A DNA stretch of 64,000 bases from Octopus sinensis (taxonomy: Eukaryota): NCBI RefSeq assembly GCF_006345805.1, contig NC_043009.1, forward strand, positions 51,522,001 through 51,586,000, given 5' to 3'. Shown piece after piece: positions 52,282 through 64,000 of this stretch; position 1 is the first letter of the stretch, and each line of letters opens with the position of its first letter. The position numbers and the translations under genes were made by a program. The notes below the pieces were generated by a model. It had not been told where the DNA came from. It saw only the letters and a program-made list of their open reading frames with translations, and did no database searches.

Positions 52282-53239
52282 AAATTTATACATGTACACT
52301 TGTACATTTATATATATATATACATATGTATATATGTATATACATACATACATATATGTTTATGTATATATATATATATATATACATAAATATATATATA
52401 TGTGTACATTATATATATATACATATATATAGATGTATGTATGTATGTATTTATGTATGTATGTATACACACGTGCACAAACACACACACACACACATAC
52501 ACACAAAATGTTCGAACGACGTGATACTGCTGACAACAGTATTAAAAATGTTGATTGTTACATATATTATTTTATTTTTATTTTCATTGTTATCGCGAGT
52601 TGTGAGGAATGCGAACGAGAAAGATAAAGTAAATTTAACAACGCTGTAATGAATTTAGCATGTGAGACACATTCAATTTGACATTTAGGTTAACGATAGA
52701 AATCTAAGTAATTGTCTTCTTACACCGGAGTAAAATCTAGCATTAAGATTTGTGTGAGTTTTTGGAGTTTGCGCATGTGCGCTTGTGTACGTTGGTATGT
52801 CTGCGCGTGTGTGTTTCATGGTGAACGGTGTTTGACCTGTATATCAGTCACAAGTGCTTGACATCAAGTGTTGTACATGTAACTTACTTTGACCAGTAAA
52901 GAAACACAAGTACTAATCCAGTCCCTATGTGTTTCTTTTTTCACCAGGTTTTTTTTCCAAGCTCAACTGTAAAGAACGCCACAGCCTTTCATTAATATTG
53001 TTCACTGAATTGCTCGAATTACAATTCGGTCGTCGGTGAAACGATAAGCCATGAATCGAGGTTTCCACTTAATTTTAATCCATCTGCCTCTGAGTGCTTG
53101 TCAGGGGCCTAGCGTACGTTACCTTAGACACGGAGACGTACATCACATATGTCCTTCACATCCACGTCGCTCCCGTTCTATGATCCACGGCTCGATACTT
53201 TGCGTAAAGCTGTTATACTATTTTGAAAGCTCGTTCTGT

Positions 53240-53928
53240 AATCGTTTACACTCTAGTTCAGTCCCACTGCGCGGCACCATAGGTAAGGGTCTTCAGGGAC
53301 TTCTACTATAATTCTGCGCGGATCAATGTCTTCTGAGTGAATTCGCTTGTCAGAAACTGTGTGGAAGACATATACATACATATACGAATATATACATATA
53401 TACAGACAGACCTACAGAAATACGTACATACCCTGTTGTTGATGCTGAAATTCTAATGAAGGAGGCTTGATTTTAGATTAGAAAACGGCTCTTTCTCTAT
53501 TAGCGAGATATCTTAAAATAAAATTGGATAATGATATACATACATATATATGTATGTGTGTGTTAGAGGCAAACACCTTGAAACCTGGGACCGTATGTGG
53601 CATCCGCTTCTTCGGGGAATGATCTCCCTTTGCAGGATAGAGGACACCGTGATGGTGTCAAGCCTATCTGGTGACGTCGATGATCGCCTGGGGCTAAATG
53701 CATCAGTAACACCCCCACCGCCCTGCCCTGTCCCTAGCCACATTCAAATGGCTAATGTCCCTTTTGTTATGGAGCAGTTACTGTCTATATCTCGTTTAGA
53801 GAATTATTATTGCTATATATACATATATATATGCATATATTTATACATATACATGTATATACATGTATAAACATGTACATATGTATACATGCACACATAC
53901 GCACTCTTTTATATATAAACATTTCTAT

Positions 53929-53966
<38 letters not shown>

Positions 53967-54230
53967 CGGCATGAATATTTATGTGTATATATGTATATAT
54001 GAATATATATGTTTGTATGCGTGTGTGTGTGTACGTGTTTGTGTGTGTGTGTGTGTGTACTTTTGTGTTTTTGTGCATCCCCCGCCATTGTTTAACATCC
54101 ACTGTTTGTTCCCGTCAGTAGAAGAGAAAGTTAGACTAAGTACCATACTTAAAATAAGTAGTTGTGCTGATTCTAAACCCTTCAAAACAGTGCCCCAACA
54201 TGGCCGCAATCTATAAATGAAACAATTACA
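53240..54230 (+). mobile_element. Degenerate SINE family A (head 53240-53375, tail 54075-54230) with an expanded interior
   Basis: ctagttcagtcccactgcgcggcaccatagg... and ...aaacagtgccccaacatggccgcaatc, separated by microsatellites and unrelated sequence. Confidence 0.55.
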
Positions 54231-54389
54231 AGACAAAGATATATTCATTTTCTCATAATTTCCTCTTGCTTTCTTTTTAGAAAGATTTTCTGTTTGGAGA
54301 AGAACCAGAAGTCACACGGTGCTAGAAGTTACACGGTGCCAGAACTCATATTCCATAGTACGGAGCCTGCTGAACAAGGGGTGCGTAGT

Positions 54390-54630
54390 TCTTCACTAGG
54401 AGATTTGGATTACATTGTGCGTTCAAAATGTATCCGATTTTATTTTCTCGCCGACATTTTCCGCACGCACAGATCTTCTGTTAAAGTAGACTGCAATTTC
54501 CCTGTGCTTATTTCCATTTCGTTAGCGATTTCCTGGATCTTCCAGCCTGTTTTGCCGGACCTTCTCAATCGGCTTTTCGTTTCGACTTTCAGATGACCTA
54601 CCTGAGCATACCTATCTCTCCACTGGGACG
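54390..54630 (-). mobile_element. Mariner transposase fragment (second HTH)
   Basis: SRNEKPIEKVRQ, then after a frameshift IQEIANEMEISTGKLQSTLTEDLCVRKMSAR; the same motif class as 50612-50905 but diverged. Confidence 0.7.
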
Positions 54631-55020
54631 CAGCCATGTTCGAAACTGTTGTACCACATATTTATCTGGGTTTTGCTAATGGCATCATTACTAAAGGTCT
54701 GCTGAATCTTCAAGATGACTTGAGTGAGATTTGAGTATGATTTGAGTGTGACTTGAGTATGACTATCACGAAGATAGTGTCAAAAACTTATGCAATTTCT
54801 GTGCTCGATGCATTTGGGGTAAAATGATAATTCGACGACAACGAAATACACCTCTGTACTGTAAGTGCTTCAGCCGGGAAAACAAGGGCGACCTAATGGC
54901 GCGAAAGTTTTCGCATATGCACAGAATCGGTGGCTTCACTGCCCACCCAAAGTACTGACTCCACGCAGCCTTAGTTTTGGACAGAAAAATTCAAATCAGA
55001 TACTATTTGAACGCACCTCG

Positions 55021-55141
<121 letters not shown>

Positions 55142-55272
55142 ATCTATATCATATATATATATATATATATATATATGGATGTTTTGTTGTCCCATTTTTA
55201 TATCACCTAACTGTCCGGATGTTTTGCGTTCTTGTCTCTCATTTTGCATATATATATATATAAAATAATAAA

Positions 55273-55514
55273 AGCGCCCTTTTAAAGCCTAGCCAGGCTC
55301 ATGTGCCCGGTGTCCCGGTTTCAATATGTTCCCCAGCCGGACGGGATGTCAGTCCATCGCATCGTTACTCATTTTTTATCAGTTGAGTGGACTGGAGCAA
55401 CGTTAACTGAAGTGTTTTGCTGAAGAACACAACGCGTCACCCGGTCCAAGAATCGAAACCACAATCTTATGATCATGATTCTGACACCCTAACCACTAAA
55501 CCACGCGCCTCCAC
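55273..55514 (-). mobile_element. Full-length tRNA-derived SINE family D
   Basis: gtggaggcgcgtggtttagtggttagg (A box), gtttcgattct (B box), then gcgatggactgacatcccgtcc. Confidence 0.85.
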
Positions 55515-55538
55515 ACACTCACACACCCACACACACAC

Positions 55539-55583
<45 letters not shown>

Positions 55584-55600
55584 ATAATATATATATATAT

Positions 55601-55665
<65 letters not shown>

Positions 55666-56224
55666 CAGATGGATAGATATATAAACATAACTATATAGAT
55701 AGACTACTATCAACACTGTCTTTGAACTATGCATCACACTACACGCGACTACTCCGCATTAGAACCAGACCAAACCTCACAACATCGCTTCTCACCCACT
55801 GTACACCCCCACCCCCATAGCAATGTTCAATAGTTCACCACAACTCACCACGCCACAGCACATTCTTGTACACTGTGTCATAGACAGAGAGAATTATCAG
55901 ACAATTCCGGATATGTTAACGTACAGTTAATATAATTTTTTGACATAGCCTGGCTGGAATGAAATGTTACTTCCACGATATTTGGCGGAAAGCACATCGT
56001 GTACTAGGGGTGGTAGTGATTGTAGGGTAGTGTGGTGGTGGTGGTGGTGGTGGTGGTGGTGGTGGTGGTGACGGTGGTGGCTGTGGTGGTGATGGTGGTG
56101 ATGGCAGTAATGTTTACGGAGTTTGTGTTAGTGTTGTAAAAATGCAGATCAAATACCATAAGGCATTTTGTCCGACTCAATTCTGATCTGCAGGCAATGA
56201 CTACTACTACTACCACTGCCGCTG

Positions 56225-56261
<37 letters not shown>

Positions 56262-56275
56262 CACTACTACTACTG

Positions 56276-56321
<46 letters not shown>

Positions 56322-57149
56322 AGCTAACTGTAATGATGATGGTTATGATTATGGCAATGATTACTTTTATTTGCCAGAGCGGCATCAGACGATGGGGTCA
56401 TTCAAATGACAGTCTAAATTTTTTGTGAGGGGATGAATTAAATGATAAGGGGAACGACAAAAAGAAAGAAGGGACAAATGAAATAAAACTATACATTGTA
56501 TGCAAACTATGTGAGCACATAAATGACACAGTCCTCCTGATACAAAAAAGTATTCAACCAGGGCCCGTCGGAGAATCCCACAGATTCGTGATCATCCTGG
56601 CCATCAAAATCACGAGCTTTCACCGAACTGTTTCTTTCCAATCTCTAATCTTAGAGTAGGCCTTTTCTTAATAATCATTTCTGCCGCAAGCACTTCGCTC
56701 TTCAACCTCACTTTCCTTCGCAAGTTAACACACCCAGATTCACAGAACTGGGAATTCTCCCGTATAGCTGCCAGCTGTGATAGACATTTGTCAAGTGGTT
56801 GCCAAAGAATTCTGGCTTTTAACCGTAAAATTCATTGAGTAGTCTACCCAAACAGAGAAATTTGTCCTTTGAGCAATCACTCCACATTCCTCCTATCCCA
56901 GTTGTTTCTTTCTACACGTAGTTAATATATTGGATATATTTCAATATCTCTATCAGGTGGTTTTATATATTTTTAATGCGTCACGTAATCTTCATTAACG
57001 CCGCTACAGCCACCATCCTCTCTACCATCATCACCATCATCATCATCGACATTATCATGTTCATCGACATCAGTCTACCGACCAGTGAGCATCATTCTTA
57101 TTGCCATCGCCGTCGACGCAATCATCATCATCATCATGAACCTAAGGTT

Positions 57150-58148
57150 TGAAAAACATGAAGTTATCGAAAACCCAAATAACATCTGTTATCTGGTTTT
57201 TCGATTGGCTTTGTCTTTTTTTGCTGCGTCGAGGCAGACGTTCCAATAAGTTATTAACTCCGTTACTCTCTCTCTCTAATCTGACTCTTACACAGAATAG
57301 TTGAGCGAAGTGCTGTTCGAACACCATACACGTCAGCTTAAAAGCGAGTAGTGCCTGCCCATTTTGATCCGTCAAAGACTGAATTGTGGCATTGTTGCTG
57401 TGTTGTACGTCCAACGTCCGTATCAATTGAACAGCTTTCTTCCATGCTCGCTTTAATGCATGAGCTCTAGCTCTGATAACGCAGAGTTCGTATTTCAGTT
57501 TGACGAAATAGTCGAGGACTATTCTGCCACTTCAACGTTGGTAGTGATGCGATTTCTAATTGTCTCCTGTTGTTTACAAACGAGAGCCCACTCAAATCTA
57601 TTTCTATTTATCACTAAATATTTACTAAATGCTATTGACTCATAATTAATTGCTCACTTGAGGGCTCCTTCTACTCGTTGCTGACTATTTTTCCTCTTAA
57701 ATAGCACTCGACAAGCACGCTGGTCCGGTCTCTGTAGTCGATTCCCTTATCTACGAATCCTATTTAAGTCGATTGTGCAGATATGAAATTTGTGTTCTGC
57801 GTAGCCGACAGATTTAATCTTATGACACCCTAAAATATTTCTGTCAGCTAAGCTAACAGATTCTGTTTATAAATACGGTCTGGAAATCCAGTCGTAGTTG
57901 CTTCAAGTCGACGTTGGAACATTTGTGAAACCCGGTCAGTCCATGTCAGAAAGTGAGAATCATTTGAACATCTCTTTTTTTTTTTTTGAGTATTCACAGT
58001 AAGGTTTCTAGGTTTCTAAGCATTTAAAGAAATCTGCATATCTTGCCGCAGTGGAGACATACAAGACCGCAAGTCTATAAACAAAAGCTAGAAAAAGAAA
58101 CACATCGAGGTTAAAAGCAAAAGCAAACACAATAACTACTACTACTAT

Positions 58149-58181
<33 letters not shown>

Positions 58182-58270
58182 AACTACTCGCAGGACAACA
58201 ATAACAGCATTAACACCGTTGATTAGGATATTATATGTAACCATTAGAACGAAAACGTTAGACTCAGCAA
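57150..58270 (-). mobile_element. Old Tx1/L1-like ORF2 remnant (APE endonuclease and APE-RT linker) interrupted by (TAC)n
   Basis: RLAVLYVSTAARYADFFKCLET (cf. RLVAVYAP...FF..LE); YAEHKFHICTIDL (cf. SDHK); IQSLTDQNGQAL...VFEQHFAQLF...LERLP. A possible C-terminal piece RRKVRLKSEVL at ~56700-56740 resembles KRKVRVERQVL of the young element. Confidence 0.55.
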
Positions 58271-58774
58271 CGACAGTGACCACCACATCAAGACACGTAA
58301 CAATACAGTAACATCATGAACATCTACAAAAGCAGCAGCGAGTATGGAGTAAGAAACAGAAGCAACACCATTGATAAATAATTCATTATCCATGGTAGAA
58401 GCTTTCCCTTATTTTAAATTCAGTTTATTTGCAGAATTATTAGAAGCTGCAGAATACACACACACACACACACACGTACTTGTATGGATGTCTGTGTGTG
58501 TATGCATGAATATATATGTGTGTGTGTATGTTCGCGCGCGCGCATGTGTATGTAGGAATATATAAGGGTGTGTGTGTGCGTGTACGCGTGTATGTGTTGG
58601 TGTGTCTGTGTGCTTGTGTATGTTTTGTAGAAAAATGTTGACTTTAGCTTTGCTGCAAAAACATAGAGTGGTTACACAAGACATTTATCTGACTGCGGCT
58701 ACTCAAAAGCGTTTAATCTAATATCTAGTCAGGGACAGAAAACCTTACTTCTGTACTCATAAATTTTTAACTTA

Positions 58775-58813
<39 letters not shown>

Positions 58814-59500
58814 ACATGTGGGTATGCTAACTTGGATAGGTTTACCAGTCTGTCGAATTTGCATAACAGAACATGCGGTTACAAATTAAGTATTCTGAAT
58901 AATTATAACATAAATATATATATTTTCTTTTTGGTAGACTGAATATGTCTATTTTTGCATCATGGAACGTATACTTAAGCGTATAAACACAATCACCGGT
59001 TGTACTTATTGCGTTTATGCAGTTTTTTTCTTTTCCCAAAATATTTGAAATATTACTAAATCTGCAGCCTTCCTAGTAGGTTCTAATATGTCGAAATAAA
59101 TTAGATCTTTCTAAATCATTTGAAATAGTATACCCAATGAAGAGGTCACATCTTTGTTGCAACGAAAATATATTTGAGAAAAAACGAGAAAACATATGCA
59201 ACCAAATACACAACTGCTTAATATTTTATAGACTTTATTAATCAGTATTTTCCAAAATATAACTATATTGATTTTAATAGATTATTTAAAAATAATCAAT
59301 TTCAGGAACTAGAAATATAAGATATACTTATAACATAGATCACAGTTTATCTTCAATGTGAAAAGCATACAATGTTTTGTTTATTGACCTTTCCGTAGAC
59401 ACTAAATGGTTAACTCTTTCTAATTTCTGGTCTTTTTCAGAATTTCTGCAGAACTCTTGAACTCATTTCCTGACTCGTGGTTGTTTTGCTGTTGTTTGTT

Positions 59501-59805
59501 CCTTCTCGAGTCATGCTTGGCTCATAAGGGCCAGTTTCCCAGTTTCATTGGCGTATAGGTTCCTCACCTGGACGGGACGCCGGTCCGTCGCAGGTGAGCT
59601 GCTTAGATGCAAGAGGAAAGAGTGAGAGAAAATTGTGGTGAAAGAGTCAGCAGAAGTTTGTCCTTACTTTCTGCCGGAGCCAGAAGTTTGTCCTTACTTT
59701 CTGTTTCGCTCATAAAGACACACACATCTTACGGTCTGATATTCGAAATCGCGATCCCTCGACCACAAGACCGCTTCCCTAACCACAAGATCATGTACCT
59801 CCACC
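59501..59805 (-). mobile_element. SINE with a family C-type head and body and a family D-type tail
   Basis: ctctttcaccacaattttctctcactct is shared with family C; cctgcgacggaccggcgtcccgtccagg and ggaaactggccc are shared with family D. Confidence 0.75.
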
Positions 59806-59839
59806 ATTTCCCAACTAGTGAAAGATAATTCATTTCAAA

Positions 59840-59950
59840 TTTAGGCCTGTAATTTGAGGAAGCGGGTAAATCGATTACATCGACCCCGGTGCACAACTGG
59901 TACATATTTTATTGGCCCCGAAAGATTGAAAGTGAAAGTCGACCTTCGTG
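59840..59950 (-). mobile_element. SINE family B fragment
   Basis: aatcgattacatcgaccccggtgcacaactggtac...aaagtcgacct. Confidence 0.7.
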
Positions 59951-60883
59951 TATATGTAAAATAGAAATTAAGATTACAATGAAACACGTAATCTTTACGG
60001 ATTGCAACAACACAAAATAGCAACAGACATTTCTGTTACCCTGTTGACATCAATGTATATCTTTCTCTCTTTCTCTCTCTATAGTTTCATCTCCAATCAC
60101 TCCTTGTATGTGTATATACATACACATACACATAGACACATATGCATATATGTTTGAATGTATGTATGTATTTGTTCGTGTGCTTTCTTTTGGATGTCCG
60201 AATGAATGCATGATTATACCGAGGGATATAAAAAGCGATATATCTGGAATCTTGCAATATATCTTCCGTTAGATTCGACATCACTTAATGTTCGCTAGAT
60301 CTCATTAGAGGATCAAATGAACACGTCATTATAACTTACGGAAACAATATCCACCTTTGCCACAAAGTTGGTTCTACTTTCATCTTCTCACTACATTACC
60401 TTTTATTAGGTAGCTAACCTCTTTTGTTGTTGTATCTTGGATATAACATCGATGTAAGTACATGATCTGACGTCTAAACGATATGCTATCAACTCATCCA
60501 GCTTCAGAACTATCGATTTCTGAAACTTGTAAAAGGTTAGACATGAAAGAGTAGAATATAATCGATTACTTCAACCCCATTACCTGTCTAGTTTTTATTG
60601 ATCCTTTGAGAATTAAAATGCGAATTTGCACTACGCCGGGATTCGATCTCAGAAAGGAAACAGTACATGTACTCATCACTAAATATTTAGTCCATCCACT
60701 GGTGTTATTTCCAAATATAAAACATATTTACATCAATAATTAAAATCCTTCATTGTCATTTAAAGAGTGTCTACCGAAAGTCTCTAAAAATTTTGCTAAA
60801 ATTGCCTATATTTATGCTTAAAATAGGAAGTAAGTTGAAGTGCGTTCAAACCCAGTTATTAGATCATTAGGTATGCATGTATG

Positions 60884-60935
<52 letters not shown>

Positions 60936-63900
60936 TTTGTGTGTGTGTGTGTAAATCGCTACTTGCACCGTATCTAGAGGGGATATTTTCATATGTATTT
61001 TTAATATTGTTAATACCTCTTGGCAGGTCTCACGTAAAATATACTCATAGCTACAGTGTGAGTCGTAAGAGAATGACATCACCCCTTTTAGCGTGACAGT
61101 GTATGCACCACTCTTGGTTCATTGGTGCAGAGAATTCGGGGCCTTCAATAATTCATCATGTTGTGTCTCATCAGAGCTTTGAGCCTAAACCATTTGTTTA
61201 TACTCTTAGTGATCAAATTGGTAGCCGATCGGTACTTATGTTTGCCAACGAATAAAAATTCGTTATTTGCGACATTTACAGCGAGATGTGGAAAGAATAT
61301 TAGCATATTTACTATCAATATGACTTGGCAGGTGCAAACACAGTACATATATATTAATGTTCCGCTTTTGCATAGCGATACTATTAAGCTGGTGTTAGAA
61401 CTAAGCATACATATGATTCGGAATAAAGCGAAAGTTGTGTAGAGAGCGTGATAGGAAATTAAATAAATGACAAAAGGAAAGGGAATTGTGCAATGAAATT
61501 AATATTTTACAGCTGTTTCAGCAAGATGTAGTGAGCTACACTTTGGGTACACTTCATAAAGAGCAGAAACAGCTGTAAGCTAATGAAAGACATTGCATAA
61601 TTTTCTGTCCCTTTGTCATTTGCGTAATTTCAAATATATATATATATATATATGTATGTATATGTATATGCTCGTATATATATACATGCATACATACTCT
61701 CTTGTTGAAGTGGAACGAGCAAGGAACAATTAAAGACAGAACACAACAGATGCCAGAATATCTCTGTCTTAGACACCAAAATGACAACAGTCTACCAATG
61801 TGGGTTATATTTACTGTTCGTCTTGAACATCTAAGAATGGTACAGAACAAAGCAAAAATACGAAGAAAACATGAGTAAACTATTATCCCCCCTGAGAATT
61901 TCGAAGTTTATCATTTAATATATATTCCAGTGTATTTGGCATCTCTTAAGAAATCAGGACGTATTTTGAGATAAAGATGGTAAACAATCACATCTTTTAC
62001 AGTCCCATCGCGTATCCACGAAGAAGCTGCATAACCGATTTCTGAATACTCTCACTGAAAGCTAACCGGCATTCCTACAATGTCTCAATAAGACTCAATG
62101 ATGTAAAAATTCCTCCACCTCTTCTTCTCCCGCTCTTATTTCTTTCACAACCAAACTACCAATACTAAAACCTCTGCCGTCTTTTCATAGGCTCTCAGAC
62201 ATACGCTCTTGTGTAGTTTTCCTTATTTACGTTAAGTTTATTGTATTCTGTACAGCTTGAAGCGAATTTGAAAACCGTATAGAAAACAACGAAAGTAAAT
62301 AGTTTCATACACCCTGTCGAATGTTTACAGTTGAAAGCAGCAAACGCCGGTTTTCTTTAGTATTATATTAATTGAGCAAAAACACCAGCAAATATCATAC
62401 ATTGTTCGTTGAAAGCTGTAGATGTCACATGAGCGAAATTTTAAATTCACCGTCTCGTTTAGCGCTGTGTTCGCCTGTCAAAATTTTTGTTGAAGAACAG
62501 CAGAACGGAAATTATGTTACAATCATGCAACTAGCAGAGTTCTTCCTAAGTATCTCTGCCAAAAGGCTAAAAGCAACGACAAATTGGTGGCTTGGATACC
62601 AAATGTTGCTGTTTTGTTTTTCTTTAGCGAGTTCTTCATAAAAATTTCTATAAGTTGATAAATGGAATAGAAACAAGAATTTGTATGTGTGTACTTGCAC
62701 AAGCTTACATATGCAAGATATGCATATACAACCACACTCACACACAGAAACACACTTATATACTTATACCTGTTTGTATTTGCACATACACAATACACAC
62801 AGAGGTCTAAATCTGTTTATATATGTATGTATATATATCGTTTATCTTCGTCTTTCGTTTTTCTTTAGATTTCAACTATATATATAAATATATAATACAA
62901 ATATATATATATGTAGTCACACACATACACATACATGTTTAGTGTATGTTTGTTTTATGTTCGTGTGGACTTTCGCGTGTTGTACCGAAATAGTTGTGAG
63001 GGTGCGGTGTACTCTATGTCCATTACGTTTCATTGTGAAATATTTAAATACTACCTTTCTAATGGAACAACCGCCATTCATGTGTAGAAGAATATAAGTG
63101 AATATATATGTATGTAAGTGTAAATTACTCTGCATCGTATACATACATGTATAAAGACTATACACAGATGTATACATTCAATACACACACACACGTGTCT
63201 TGTCTGTGTGTGTTTTAATTTAAAATGGATCGCAGTTACAATTTCTGAAGAAGAGTGCTGAGTAGTTCAAGCAACTATAATGTCAGGTTCGTTGTATTGG
63301 CATAGACGTGGCTGAGTAATCTACTGACGTTTTTAATTCTTAGGCGGAATCGGCACGGCACAACGTAGTAATTTAACAGACTTACATACAATTTGCATTT
63401 ACCCAAGTTCCACCCACGAGGTCTCGAGGTTAACAAAGTGTTACTTTCCCAAGACGACTGGCAGCGGATTCGAAACACGGAAAACACGCTTGCAAAAGGA
63501 ACATGTCATTTCAGAGAGATTTGCGTGTCATTTCTAGACTAGTGAACGTCCATACAGAAGCTCTTTGGTGGAGCTGCTTGTGGTGGTTCCTATCTGATAT
63601 CCAATGTTGTTGAATCCACCTCAATGTCATTTGAACCATTCAGTATTCAAAACCTGTTATATTGATTAATACCTCTGATTACATGAGATATGGAATTAAT
63701 AAGAAAATATTATTTTAAAGCAATTGCAGCGGGGAAAGTGTTTATAAGCCATTTAAGAAACACACAAAAACCGTTAGATTCACTTCAACATTTAAAATTA
63801 ATTTGTCAAAATATTTTCGTCGCTTTGAGACCGCAACCTGTTCGCTGACAAAATTCTGTGCTGCATCTCATAAACACCTTCCTCGCTGCAATTGTTTTCG

Positions 63901-64000
63901 TTCCAGAACACGATCTCAGATCAGGTTACTTGCTATGCAAGTATATCTCCGTAATTATTTTAAAGATTGGTTTTTAATAAACTATCATAACAAAACAATT

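Noticed and set aside
61080-62800. Several 70-98-aa ORFs in unique sequence
   Set aside because: No recognisable domains, consistent splice pattern or coding bias visible by eye.
63030-63090. Possible mariner terminal repeat on the minus strand
   Set aside because: Only a loose resemblance, with no transposase or partner repeat nearby.

Overview
AT-rich, extremely microsatellite- and transposon-dense eukaryotic DNA. The SINE families and simple-repeat load point to a coleoid cephalopod (Octopus-like) genome; this is inference, not verified. I can support no intact host gene, rRNA, tRNA gene, operon or CRISPR array, and almost all long ORFs in the track are translations of simple repeats. Recognisable content: (1) decayed non-LTR retrotransposons: two R4/Dong-clade pieces, a CR1-like RT, a young Tx1/L1-clade 3' fragment inside a (GATA)n tract, an old Tx1-like piece and two Penelope-like GIY-YIG remnants; (2) two mariner transposase remnants and a non-autonomous Helitron; (3) more than 20 copies or fragments of at least four tRNA-derived SINE families, one forming a 184-bp tandem array; (4) five copies of a ~200-bp non-coding repeat sitting in TA-rich tracts that carry a type I hammerhead-ribozyme-like motif (CYGWNGA-A-GAGC-loop-GCTC-GAAAC...GTH), in two subfamilies, one sharing an atypical A6U core. 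Item 4 is the most interesting candidate system. All structures were read by eye; no folding or database searches were run.
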